Positions 37,773 to 51,157 of a stretch of 64,000 nucleotides of DNA are shown piece by piece. The DNA comes from Anaeramoeba ignava BMAN (lineage: Eukaryota; Protista; Anaeramoebae): assembly GCA_028826165.1 (NCBI GenBank), contig JAPDFW010000096.1:124001-188000 (forward strand), written 5' to 3'. Numbering within the stretch: position 1 is the first letter of the stretch; every line of letters begins with the position of its first letter. Under the pieces are notes generated by a model that worked only from the letters and a program-made list of their open reading frames with translations, did not search any database and was not told the origin of the DNA. A program made the position numbers and the translations under genes.

Positions 37773-40471
37773 TTATTTCATTGTTATTTTTGGTGGTTCA
37801 ATTTCTTTAGATAATTTCTTTTCATCTAACTTTTTAATGATTTTGTTTGCAATTTCCATAAATTTTTTGGAATAACTACTATTTGGTTCTTTTTCAACTA
37901 TAGGAGTTCCTTCATCACTAAATTTACGAATATCTGTATGAAGAGGTATTTGTCCGAGAAGCTTTTTTTTGATTTTAATTTATATTTTGATTTTGAATTT
38001 GAATTTGAATTTGAATTTGAATTTTAATTTTAATTTTGATTTTAATATTGATTTATATTTTGAATTTGGATTTTATTTTGATTTTGATTTTGATTTTAAT
38101 TTTAATTTTAATTTTAATTTTAATTTTAATTTTGATTTTAATTTTGATTTTAATTTTGATTTTCATTTTCATTTTGATTTTGATTTTGATTTTGATTTTT
38201 ATTTTGATATTCATTTTAATTTTGATTTTCATTTTGATTTTGATTTTGATTTTCATTTAAATGATTAATTTAATATAAAAGTATAAAATTTTCAATTCCT
38301 GAATAAATACATCAATTTTCATATCTTCACTCATCTTTTTTGCTCCACCACTTCCAAAAATATTTTCTACATGATGGCATTTAGGGCATTCATAATAACT
38401 CATATTTTCAACAATTCCAATAACCTAACAAAAATCAAATTAAATTAAATCAAATCAAATTAAATTAAATTAAATTAAATTAAATAAAATTAAATCAAAA
38501 TTAAATCAAATTAAATCAAATTAAATTAAATTAAATTAAATCAAATCAAATTAAATTAAATCAAATCAAATTAAATTAAATCAAATCAAATTAAATTAAA
38601 TAAAATCAAATCAAATTAAATTAAATTAAATTAAATTAAATTAAATTAAATTAAATTAAATTAAATTAAATTAAATTAAATTAAATTAAATTAAATTAAA
38701 TTAATATAAAATAATATAAAATGTATAATTACAGGCACATTAACTTTCTGGAACATTACTACTCCACGAATTGCATCATTGAGTGCAATATCTTGTGGAG
38801 TACTCACTATTACTGCTCCTGATAATTGAAGTGATTGTGATATTGTAAGTTGTGTATCACCTGTTCCTGGTGGTAAATCTAAAACTAGAATATCTAATTC
38901 TCCCCATTCAACATCTCTAAATAATTGATTAAGTGTTCCTGTAACCTTTAAAATTCATTTCAAAATTATAATTAAAATTAAAATTAAAATTAAAATTCAT
39001 TTTAAAATTAAAATTAAAATTAAAATTAAAATTAAAATTAAAATTAAAATTAAAATTAAAATTAAAATTAAAATTAAAATTGAATTTAAAATTGAATTTA
39101 AAATTAAAATTAAAATTAAAATTAAAATTAAAATTAAAATCATAATTGAATTATACTAATGGACCTCTCCAAATCAAAGCTTGTTTTGGATCTATTAAAT
39201 TTCCAATACTAATTGTTTGAATATTATAAGCAGGAATAGGTAAAATTTTTTGTTCTGAATTTTGCATAATTGATGATCCTTCTGTTCCCATAAGTTTTGG
39301 AATTGATGGACCATACATATCTTAATTAGAAATGAAATAAATTATGATTAAATTTATTATTTAATTGATTAAATTTATTATTATTTAATTTATTATATTT
39401 ATTATTTATTTAATTTATTAAATTTATTAAATTTATTTAATTTATTTAATTTATTTTATTTATTTATTATTTAATTGATTTAATTTATTTAATTTATTTA
39501 TTATTAATTGATTAAATTTATTATTATTTAATTTATTAAATTTATTATTTATTTAATTTATTAAATTTATTATTATTTAATTTATTAAATTTATTATTAT
39601 TTAATTGATTAAATTTATTATTATTTAATTTATTTAATTTATTATTATTTAATTTTTATTTATTAAATTAAATTTTTATTATTTTGATTAAATTTATTTT
39701 TATTTTAATTTTATTTAATTTTTATTATTTTTGATTAAATTTATTTTAATTTATTTATTTAATTTATTATTATTTAATTTATTAAATTTATTATTATTTA
39801 ATTTATTAAATTTATTATTTAATTTATTAAATTTATTATTATTTAATTTATTAAATTTATTATTATTTAATTGATTAAATTTATTATTTAAATTTATTAT
39901 TATTTAATTGATTAAATTTATTATTATTTAATTGATTAAATTTATTATTATTTAATTGATTTATTATTTAATTGATTTAATTTATTAAATTTATTATTAT
40001 TTAATTTATTTATGATTTAATTGATTAAAAAATACCTGAATCTAAAATACCAACTTTTTTATTCATTTTCGAGAAAGCTAATGCTAAATTTACTGCAACA
40101 GTACTTTTTCCAACACCTCCTTTAGCTCTATAATTTTTTTAATTTTTTTTATTTTAATTTTTTTTTTCGAATTTCCAATTTTATTTAATTTTTTATACAT
40201 ACGAACTCACTGCAATTATATGTTCTACACCAGGAATCCCTAAAGGAACTGGTTTGAATTTATTTTCTTTTTTATTTTCATCTGAAAATTTTCTTGAAAA
40301 TATTTTTTGATGATCTAAAAGTCTTGGATTTTGATATTTTACTGAAGAATTAGACAAAATCTGATGTGTTTTTTTAACGAAAAACTTCTTCAAAACTAAA
40401 CTAGAAGTTTTTTGAAAAGGAATATTTGCTTTTTTTGCAAATTCTTGATGACTAAGAATTTTTTGTAACAT
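37773..40471 (-). CDS. NUBPL: Ind1/NUBPL (Mrp/NBP35 P-loop Fe-S scaffold ATPase) with an N-terminal organellar targeting-like leader, 6 exons
   Basis: Spliced exons give IIAVSS|[21 protein letters not shown]|MYGPSIP..WRGPL|[27 protein letters not shown]..|[19 protein letters not shown]. There is no N-terminal Nbp35 Cys cluster, and the leader is basic. Confidence 0.88.
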
Positions 40472-40547
40472 AAAAAAAAATGAAAAAAATGAAAAAAAAT
40501 GAAAATTTATTATTTTTATTTTTATTTTTTATAAATTTAAAAATTAA

Positions 40548-42422
40548 ATGTTTTATAATAAAAAATTTTCATTTAAAAAATCTCAATCTAATTCTTCTGT
40601 TGAAATTCCAATATCAAAAATTGAACCTAATAAAAAAGGTCAATTAATTAAAGCACGAATAATTTGGAAAAGTGATTTAAAAAAACTTTCTTCTGAAAAA
40701 TTTATGCTTAAAATACGTCTTATTGATTTTGAAGGAACTGAAATTCAAGCAATTGCATTTGAAAAAATAGCAGAAAATTTATCAGAACAATTAATAATTG
40801 GAAAAGTTTATTTAATTTTTGATTTTCTTCCTCAAAAGAAATATTATACAAATGATGATTCAATGGAATTAAAATTTAATGAATATACAAGTTTTGAATT
40901 ATGTCAAGATGATAATACAATTCCTCAATTAAAATTCACTCCAATTCAAATATCAACCATAGTTTCTTCATCTCAAAAAAAAGATATTGTTAATACTATT
41001 GGCATTATTGATTCAGTTTCTAATCCAATTTCTTTATTATCTCGAAATTCTCAACAACATACAAAATTATCTTTAAAAATTTATGATAAAAATTCTTCAA
41101 TAGAGGTTGCTTTTATGGAATGAAGTTGCAATGAATTTTCATCGTTTATATTCTTTGGAATCTCAAAGGAATATTAATCCAATTATTATTTCCTTAAAAA
41201 ATGTTCGTGTTGAAAATTATAATGAAAAATATTTAATAGCAGAAAAAAATTCTCAAATTGAATTAAATCCAAATTTAGATAATTTAGAAATATCAAGGGA
41301 TTTTTTTGATCAAATTCAAGATCAAATTCAAAATCAAAATCAAAATCAAAATCAAAATCAAAATCAAAATCAAAATCAATATCAAAATCAAAATCAAAAT
41401 CAAAATCAAAATCAAAATCAAAATCAAAATCAAAATCAAAATCAAAATCTATATAAAAAATTCAATGAAAATGAAAATCAGAATTTAATTATACACCAAT
41501 TTCAAAATCAAAACGAAATTGAAAATCAAAATCAAAATCAAAATCAAAATGAAAATCAAAATGAAATTGAAATTGAAATTGAAAATCAAAATGAAAATCA
41601 AAATGAAATTAAAAATGAAAATCAAAATGAAAATGAAATCAAAATGAAAATCAAAATCAAAATCAAAATCAAAATCAAAATCAAAATGAAATTGAAATTG
41701 AAATTGAAAATCAAAATGAAATTGAAAATCAAAATCAAAATCAAAATCAAAATCAAAATCAAATTAAAAATCAAATTAAAAATCAAAATCAAAATCAAAA
41801 TCAAAATCAAAATCAAATTAAAATAAGTTCAATTCAAAATAATAATAAATTTAATTTTAATTTAATTCAAAATAATAATCAAAATAAATTCCAAATACAA
41901 ATAATTCATGCAATTAAAGATCTTTATCAAAATCAAACAATTCAACACTTTTATATCAAAGGATTAATCTCTTATATTGTTTCACATGACTTAAACAAAA
42001 TAATGTATCCATCTTGTATTTCTGAAAATTGTAAAAAAAAAGTTAATAGACAAGATAATCAATGGTTTTGTTCATCATGTTCTAAAAAAATGCAAAATTG
42101 TCATTGGAGATTCAATTTAAAAGCAAGAATTCATGATTATTCAGGATCTTGTTTTGTAACCATTTTTGATCAAACTGCTCAATCTTTACTTGGAATATCA
42201 GCAAATCAAATACAAAATATCATTCATTCAGGAAAAATCAAAGAATATCATAAAATTTTCCAAAATGTAAAATATCAAGAATATCTACTTAAAATTACCA
42301 AAAAAAATTCGAAAAAATTTATGAATAGTTTTGTTGCTGAATCAATTACTCCAATACGAAATGAAATTATTGAATATTCCAAATATTTGATTAAAATTAT
42401 TCACTCATATTCCTCAAATTGA
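40548..42422 (+). CDS. RPA70-like OB-fold ssDNA-binding protein (DBD-A, B and C with Zn ribbon; no N-terminal DBD-F); frameshifts near 41112 and in the N/Q tract
   Basis: IKARIIWKS..IRLIDFEGTEIQAIAF..GKVYLI (DBD-A); IVNTIGII..VALWNE (DBD-B); YPSC..NCKKKV..WFCSSC..WRFNL..IHDYSG..VTIFD..A.SLLG (DBD-C). Confidence 0.8.
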
Positions 42423-42552
42423 AAAATTTTTTCAATTTAAATTATTTTTGTATTTTCAAATATTTTTTTTTTTCTAAAATTTTTTTTTCATTTTTTTTTT
42501 CACTTCATTTTTCCTTTTTTAAAAAAAAATATATAAAAAATTAAAAAGAAAA

Positions 42553-45500
42553 ATGAATTTTAATGAAATCACATTTAAATTTAAAAAATACAAATATCAA
42601 TTACCAAATAAAGAAATGAAAAAATTTGCAAAAGAAACAAAAACTCAATTATTTAATCATATAATTTCACAAATTCTTTCAGGAGAAAAAACTGATTTTG
42701 GGATTATTAAATTGTATTGCAAAATTACAGACTTATTTTGGGATTGTAAACAAGTACTTTCAAATGATTTAATTTCAATTCATTTGATTGATGATCCCCA
42801 AATTAAAGCAAATAAATTAGCAGAATTGTTCGATAAAAAATTCGAGAGATTTAACAATGAAACAACAAATCTTCTTTTATTTAATTCAACAGAAATATCT
42901 CAAAATGAGCTTCTTCATCAACATATAAAATTGAATAAAATGCTTATTCTTTGTGATGATCATCATATGATATCAGTTACACATGCAAAATGGTGTTTGA
43001 GTGTTCTTGAAGAAGCATTGAAAAAATCAGATGAAAATTCACATGAAAATTCACATGAAAAAGAAATCACCTCAAAATTATTAAAGGATTATTTAGAGGT
43101 TGTTTTGTTGTGGATTCTTGATAATAATGATCCATCCAAATTTCCTGATATTCAAAAAGCTCTTGAACTTTCAGAAAAATTGATAGCAATTAAACCTCAA
43201 GATAATGATTCAAAAATTCTCAGAGAAATGGTTTTAATTGCTTTGAAAGTTAATCAATCAGGAAATAATATTAATAATGAAAATAATAATGAAAATAATA
43301 ATGAAAATAATAATGAAAATAATAATGAAAATAATAATGAAAATAATAATGAAATTGAAGAAGAATGCAAGAATGTTGAACAGTTAATTGTTAATTTGGG
43401 AGAAAAAAGAGTGAAATTTTCATTGAAATTCGCAAAATGGATTGGAGGCTTAATTTATGTTATTTTGTTAAAAAAGAACAACGAATTTGAATATAAAAAA
43501 TCAAGAGTTTGGTATTTAGTGGAACTTATGAAATCCATATTTAAAAATATACTTCAATCTTATTATGATAAATATGAAGAACCAACTCAAAACTCGGATT
43601 TTTTGTATTTGCTGCAGGAATACACATTTAATTTGGCTTTAGTTGGAACAGCCTTATCCAATAAAACAAAGCAACAATGGGTGGAAAAGGCACAAATATT
43701 CCATGATTGTTTGGGTGTTTTGAATCAGGCATTATCCAAGAATTTACGCAACTCAAATATATGGACAAAAAAATTTGTTTTGGAAATTTATATCCTCAAT
43801 CATTTCCCATCATTCTCATTGCTTTTATCTCTTGTCATTTCGGCTGTAAATTGTATCATCCTGTCAAGTCACGAAAAAAGAGCTGAAAAGTTTTATGAAT
43901 TTTTTCGAGAATTTGAAAACTTTATCAAATTATTTATCCAATCAAAAGATAAATTCGATATATTTATTCAAAAAAGTAATTTGCTTTTGCAGCAACAAAT
44001 TCAGCTTTATCATGACAAGAACGAGAAAGATGAAGTGATTCAAGATGAGAAATTTTGCGAAGAAGAAGACATGATCCATTGTTTTCGTGGAGCAATGATT
44101 GGTGTTTCTTGTCTTTATATATATGAACATAGAGAAGCTGAATTTTTATTTGATCCATCAGAAAGTACAATTCTACAAGAAGTAGATATATCATTTGAGG
44201 ATCAAAAGGAACAGTTTCAAGATTGGGTTTTTGCAAAGACTATTTATGCTGAAGATGAGTTAGGAGTGTAAGATTAAGAGAAAAAGGATATTCCAAAAAA
44301 AAAATATTTATACAATTTCATTTTAATTTAATTTGATTTAATTTAATTTTGATTTAATTTTAATTTGATTTTAATTTGATTTTAATTTAATTTTAATTTT
44401 AATTTAATTTCATTTTAATTTGATTTTAATTTAATTTAATTTTGATTTTAATTTTAATTTAATTTTGATTTAATTTTGATTTAATTTTGATTTAATTTTG
44501 ATTTAATTTTGATTTAATTTAATTTTGATTTAATTTAATTTTAATTTGATTTTAATTTTAATTTAATTTTGATTTAATTTAATTTGATTTAATTTGATTT
44601 GATTTTAAATTTGATTTTAATTTAATTTAATTTTGATTTTAATTTTGATTTAATTTTAATTTCAATTTAAATTGATTTTAATTTGATTTGATTTTGATTT
44701 TGATTTAATTTAATTTTAAATTTAATTTTGATTTTAATTTAATTTTAATTTAATTTAATTTTAATTTTGATTTAATTTTAATTTAATAGGTTTTTGAATT
44801 CAAGAAAAAAACCAGAATATCTCTCTCTTCATATTGAATTTCTTGCTGCAAAATGTTTAAAAATATCAACAAAAATCAATACACAACTTTTTGGATACTC
44901 AAATTTTGCAAAGGAAATAATAGAAAAAATGATGGTTCATTTTAAAAATGCTGTTCATCTTTCATTTGAATTTCATCGCTCACCAAACATAATATTTGAA
45001 AATGCGATTGAAATTCTTCACTACATTTCAAAAACAACAAATCCACACTTTTTCATAAGAGCGGCTGCAACATCCTTTTTATTTATCCGGTTTCTTCTTT
45101 ATCTAAGAGACCAACCACAGCAATTAATCAAAGCATTTTCTCAATTGATTTTAATTATTCGAGACATCTCATCTTGTACATATTCCGTTTTTCAAGTGTT
45201 TAAAAAAGGAAACCGCAAAAGATTTTCTTCTTGGAAACCTTACCAAATGATTGCGACTCCTTTGAGACTACTATTTATCCCTCACAATATTGATTTTTGG
45301 ACACTTACAAAAAAAAAGAGAGAATTAAAAAATCGCAAATTGGAAAATAATAACTTTGTTTTTGAACAATTCCACCATATAAACTCACAAGATTTATTCG
45401 AGAAAATTCAAGGACTAAATATCCCATTAAAAATACTTGACAATTCCCAAATACATTCAATTAGAATTGTTCGCGATTCCATGAAAAAATCATTGAATAT

Positions 45501-45927
45501 TCGCTCTCCTCGAAAATACGCAGTCATCCTCGAAATAACAAATGAAAAGGGTTCTCGGTCTTTGAGAACATTGTCCTTTTTGGACGAAAAAAGTACTAAT
45601 CAATTCTATGATTTCATCTCGCCATACATAAACTGCTTCATCGAGGAAAGATACGATGAACATTTATTTTTTTTAAGATCCTTTCTTCAACAAAAAGTGG
45701 AACATCAATTTTTAACTAAAATTAATCAACTGGCTTTAGAAAAAGAAGAAAAGAAAAAAACAGAGCAGTTCCTAATCTTTGAAGAAAACAATCGTATTGA
45801 AAATAATCTTCATTTATCAACAGAAACCCAAGAATTAGCCTTTCAACTTAAAGCATCATTGAAACAATTTGCTCCAGAAATTGAAGAAGAAGATATCTCA
45901 AAAAATTTTTGCCAATATTGGTTTTAA
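42553..45927 (+). CDS. hypothetical helical (TPR-like) protein of about 950 aa, 2 exons
   Basis: ORFs 42553..44271 and 44794..45927 join in frame across GT-AG intron 44268-44789, which is filled with (TTTAA/TTTGA)n. Confidence 0.7.
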
Positions 45928-46096
45928 ATACTTTTTTTTTTTTCTTTTTCTTTTTATTTGAAAAAAAAAAGGAACAAAAAGGAGAACAAAAAAAATTTTT
46001 TTTGCTTTTTTTTTTTAACGGTTTTTTTTTAACGTTTCAATAAATTTTTTTTTTCTTTTTTCTTTTCATTTTTTTTTCATTTCTAATTTAAATAAA

Positions 46097-46959
46097 ATGA
46101 ATAATAATAATAATAATAAAACTAAAAATAAAAATAAAACTAAAAATAAAAATTCATCAAAATCAAAAATCGGAAAAAAAAAAGATTCAAAACAATCATT
46201 TATTTTAACAACAGATAAAAATCCTTCTAAATCAATAAGAAGAGTTACTGCTCAAGTTTATCCAATTACAAATGAAAAATTTAAAACAAAATTAAATACA
46301 ATTTCAAAACCAAAAATGAAATTAATCAATTATGAAAAAAAAAGAGAAAAAATTCAAAAAACAATTGAAAACGAATCAAAAAAACATGAGATTGAAATAC
46401 AATTTATTGAAGAAAGAAACAAAAAACTTGAAGTATTATATTTATAAATTTAAAATTTTTTTATTCAATTTAAATATTTTGGATTTTTCTCTTTTTTTTT
46501 TAGAATGAATTCAACTTAATTCAATCTGAGTTATTATCATTAAAAGAAGAAAGAATCTCTTTACAAAATAAAAGAGAATTTGAAGAAAAACAAAATTCAG
46601 GTAAATTAAAATTTATTTATGAAAAAAAAGTGTCAAAATTTTTTTAAAATTTTTTTTTTAAATTCATTTTTTAATTTTTAGAAAATTATCTTAAAAATTC
46701 ACAATCATTTTATCAAACAAAACAAGAATTAAAAGAAAGTCAAGAAAAATTATTAGATTTAAAAGAAAAAGTTGAATTTAGTTGTAAACAAATTGAAAAA
46801 TTGGAAAAAATGATTGAATTTTCTGGTTATGATCCAATTTCTTTAAAAAATTTTGAAAATTTTCTTTCAAAAGAAAATCAATCTGAAAATTTATCAAATC
46901 AATTAAATAATTTCGAAAAAAGAATTAAATTTTTGAAAAACAATTTGAAATTAAATTGA
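46097..46959 (+). CDS. hypothetical coiled-coil protein, 3 exons
   Basis: Two short GT-AG introns (about 46433-46503 and 46601-46681) join E/K-rich exons to the stop at 46957-46959. Confidence 0.65.
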
Positions 46960-47135
46960 ATTTTAAATTTTAAATTTAAATTGAAATTGAATTTTTTTTA
47001 AAAATAAAAAAAATAAAAAAAAATTTTTTAGATTTTTTCATTTTCCATTTTTTTCAATTTTTTTTTTTCACTTTTTGCTTTATATTATTTTTTATAATTT
47101 TTTTCTTTCTTTAAGTAATACAAAAAAAAAAAAGA

Positions 47136-50100
47136 ATGAGTAACAAAAAACAACAAAAGTAAAAATAAAAATAAAAATTTAAAATAAAAATTAATAAAAT
47201 AAAAAAACGTTTTAATTTCTTTCTTCTTTCTTTCTTTCTTCTTTAAAAGAAATCAAAATCAAAATCAAAATCAAAATCAAAATCAAAATCAAAATAAATT
47301 ACAAATAAGTCCAAAAACAAATAGACAATATACAATCGATAATGAAGCAAAAATTTTAAGTGAAATCCCACAAAAACATTACAAACAAAATTTCCGAATT
47401 GAAAAAGAATTATTTTCAATTCTTTCACGTGATTTTGATGAAAATGAAATTCTTCAAAAAAAAAACCAATTTAGTTTTATGTTTCAAGCAATAAACAACT
47501 GGCTTTCAGAAAAAGTCATTAATTCATATGATAAATTTGTAGAAGAAATTTCAAAAATTAATGAAATTAAGCAAGATCTTCAAATATCAGGAATTTATTG
47601 TAGAAATTTAAGAGGAAAATTGGAAGAATCACGAAATAATTTAGTTGTTTCATCATTTGAAGTTATAACAAAGCAAAGGAAAAGAAAATTTCTATTGGAA
47701 GTAATTAATCAATTACAAGCAATACGTGAAGTTAAAAGAAAAGGAGAATCACTTTCAGAAATTCTCGATAATGAGGATTTTTCTATCGCAATTCGCGAGT
47801 GCGATGAGCTTCAGCGCTCAATAAAATCGCTAATGGATTTTAAATGTTTGCAAGATATCAGGGATTTTCATTTGGAAGGATATAATTTAATTCAGGAAAA
47901 ACTTGATCAAAGTCTTGCCAAACAAAGCGAGACTTTTGATCCGCAAATTTATGTAAAAACAATCGAAGGATACCAGCTCCTTAACAGAGAATCCCAGATT
48001 AAGGATAAGCAGCATAAATATTATTTGGATCTCATTTCTCAAAAAACAAACCAATTGATAATAAGTTTTGTGAGAGAAGGAAAAAGTAAACAAGAAAAGG
48101 CTTCATTGAAAAAAATGAATTATGCAAGATTACTAAGTTATTTGAACGAATCCAACTTCCTGAATTGTTTGATTTCCATCTTTGAAGCATTCACTAATAT
48201 TTTGGATAATTTTCTGCAAAACTATCAATGGCTCAAAAATAATAGAAATCAAAACAGAACAATCAAAACATTGGGAAGAGCATTTTCGCAACTGCGAATT
48301 GTAATTTGGGACAATTTGCAAGAAAAAATTGTCACAGCAATCACTTCCCGTTTGAACCAAGGAAAAAGCTACAATTTGGGTCTTTCTTCATTTCGGGTTG
48401 ATAATTTTTTGAAGGTTCTTTATGTCTTGGATATTTTTATTGATGTTGGTTCAAATTTTTGCTCATTTAAACCAGATAAATTACAAATGATAAAAAACGA
48501 AAACAAAAGCAAAAACAAAAACAAAAACAAAAACAAAAACAATATTAGTGATGAAAATAATATCGATAGCGAAAACGAGTATAATGAAAATGAAAATAAC
48601 AACAATAACAGCAATAATAATAATAATAGCAATAATCAAATATATCCAAATTTGGAATCAGATCAAACGGAAAAAATCAAATCTCCTAAAAATAAAAAAA
48701 CTCCAAAATCAACGGAGAAAAAATCACGACAATTGTTTGAGGATCACACTCTAAAACTCAGACAAACAATGCGAAATCGAAGCGAAAGTTATTTCCAAAC
48801 CTTCCATTCGTTGAGGTTGGACGACATCCGAGAAATGATATCAGCAGAGATGTGGCAAAGATGCCCAACATCTCCCGATTTCTCGTTAAAAGATTTAGCA
48901 GTTTCAAGTTATTTCCATTCAATTAGAAAGCATTCTCATCACCAAAACGAGGATCACATTGATAATCAAAATCAAAACTCGAATATTTTCCAAAAATTCA
49001 ATCAAGAATCATCGAATCCATTTTCGCAGAAGAATATCAACGAGCTTCTTGGATCTTCACAACAAAAACAATCGCTTCAAAAGTCGCAAAACTTGAATTC
49101 GGATGAGGATGAAAATATTGACGAACAACTCAAACAAGATTTCATTGATGAAGACGAAGATTCTCATTTAAACACAAAATCAACGATTCGGGCGCAATTA
49201 TCACCGAATAAACATCAATATCAACAAAATCAAGATTATGAACAGTCATTTAACGAAAATCAACAAACAGACTCTTTTGAGGATGATTTAAAAGGACCCA
49301 TTTTGACAAGTGTTTCCATTAATATTGTGAAATTCATAGGCAAATATATCAAACTTATGGAAGTTTTGCAGCCGATTTCAATGCAAATATTTGTTGGATT
49401 AACAGAATTATATGAAGCATATCTTTTTTCAGTTTACAATTTTTTTGCAACATCAGAAATCCAGAAACAACAACAACAATTACAATCGCAATTGCAGCCA
49501 CAAACACAACCTCCTTTAACACAACAACACCACCATCATAACCATAATTATCAATTCGATATCACAACAGAATACAATTTGACTGATGAGGAAATACATA
49601 AAATCAAAGCAATCACTCAAAAAACAACAATATTCCAAAGAATTTTTTCCAATTTAATATTATCTCCCGATGTTATTTCGGATTTAAATTCTCCTGAAGA
49701 ACTATATGGTCTTAGATATAGAATCATCTCAATTGAATCTGTTATTTTTATTCAGAAATCACTTCTTTCTCTCAAAGACAGAATACAAGAATTACTGGGA
49801 AAACAACTTGATGAAAATCCAATTTTCTTCCAAAAATTTTTCACAGATTTATTGAATATTCCTCCTCGTTTTCAAAAATATATGTATCAATATTCTGTTT
49901 GGGCTTCAGCTAATTTTGGTGGTATTTTGCATTCAATATCTTCAATAAAATGGGAGAGTGGAATGATGGGAGCTGAGCATAGTCCGTATGTTAATGAATT
50001 TAAAAAAGAAATTGTTTCATTTGCAAGAAGATTGGATTTTATTGATACTTTGTCACTTCCTAAAGAACAAAGGAAAACTATTTGGGATTTTTTAGTATTG

Positions 50101-50826
50101 TTAATTATGAAATTATTGATTGAAGGATATTCTCGTGCAAAGAAATGTAGCAATGAAGGTATAAATCAAATCAAAATTCAAATCAAAATCAAATTAAAAT
50201 TCATTTATAATATTAAAATTCATTTATAATTAAATCAAAATTCATTTATAATATTAAAATTCAAATTAAAATTAAATCAAAATTCAAATTCAAAATTAAA
50301 ATTCATTTATAATATTAAAATTAAAATTAAAATTAAAATTAAAATTAAAATCAAAATTAAAATCAAAAATTAAAATTAATATTAAAATTAAAAAGGAAGA
50401 GCCTTAATGTCGTTAGATCTTTCAACACTACAAAGTACAATCAAAGAAATCTCAAAATTAAATTCAATTCCTTATGTTGATTTAGTTGATAATTATATTA
50501 AAGCATTTTATCTTCCATCTAAAGAATTTATTCGTTGGGTTAGAAAAAATCTTGATGTAAATAAAAATAAAAATAAATAAAAATAAAAATTTTTTTTTTA
50601 CTTTTAGGGAAAATTTTTTTTTAATTTATTTATTCTTCTTTATTATTCAAAAAATTAAAAAAATAAACAGAAATATCCAGAAAAACAAGTAGCTAATTTA
50701 TTATTATGTGGAATTGGTCAAAAAATGAAAAGAAAAGAAAGACAAGAATATATTGCTAAAATTCAATCAATTTATCAAAATCAAAGAAGAGATATTATTG
50801 CTGATTTTTCTAACGTGAAAAAATAA
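47136..50826 (+). CDS. VPS50: syndetin / VPS50 (EARP complex subunit), 4 exons
   Basis: Vps54_N-like region (VINSYDKFVEEISKINEIKQDL); YFQTFHSLRLDDIREMISAEMWQRCP; IGKYIKLMEVL; Syndetin_C motif IEGYSRAKKCSNEG|RALMSLDL..VDNYIKAFYL. Confidence 0.9.
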
Positions 50827-51157
50827 TTTCCAATTAAAAATTAAAAATTAAAAATTAAAAATTAAAAATTAAAAATTAAAAATTAAAAATTAAAAATTAA
50901 AAATTAAAAATTAAAAATTAAAAATTATTGGCATTTTTTTTAAAGATAAGAAATAAGAAGCAAACAAAGAAATTTGATTTGATTTGATTTGATTTGATTT
51001 GATTTGATTGAATTAAAATTAATTTAAGATCAAAATTTAATTTTAATTTTCAAAGACAATAAAAACAATAATTAAAAATTTTTCTTTTTTTATTATTTTA
51101 TTGTTTTAAATTCTTTTTTAAATTCTTAAATTCTTAAATTCTTAAATTGTTAAATGT

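Noticed and set aside
37969-38268. (FDFD)n / (ILIL)n / (IKIK)n ORFs here and at 19741, 20787, 25558, 41306-41816 and 62351
   Set aside because: They are alternate-frame or antisense readings of hexamer microsatellites in introns or in N/Q- and K/S-coding tracts.
10441-41700. Pseudogenes or programmed frameshifting in the orphan gene, DENN, phosphatase copies A and B, and the RPA70-like gene
   Set aside because: Each break is a single-base indel, mostly in homopolymer or repeat tracts, with intact coding sequence on both sides. This is typical of long-read consensus error. Read-level polishing is needed to exclude real lesions, particularly phosphatase copy B, where the indel is not in a long run.
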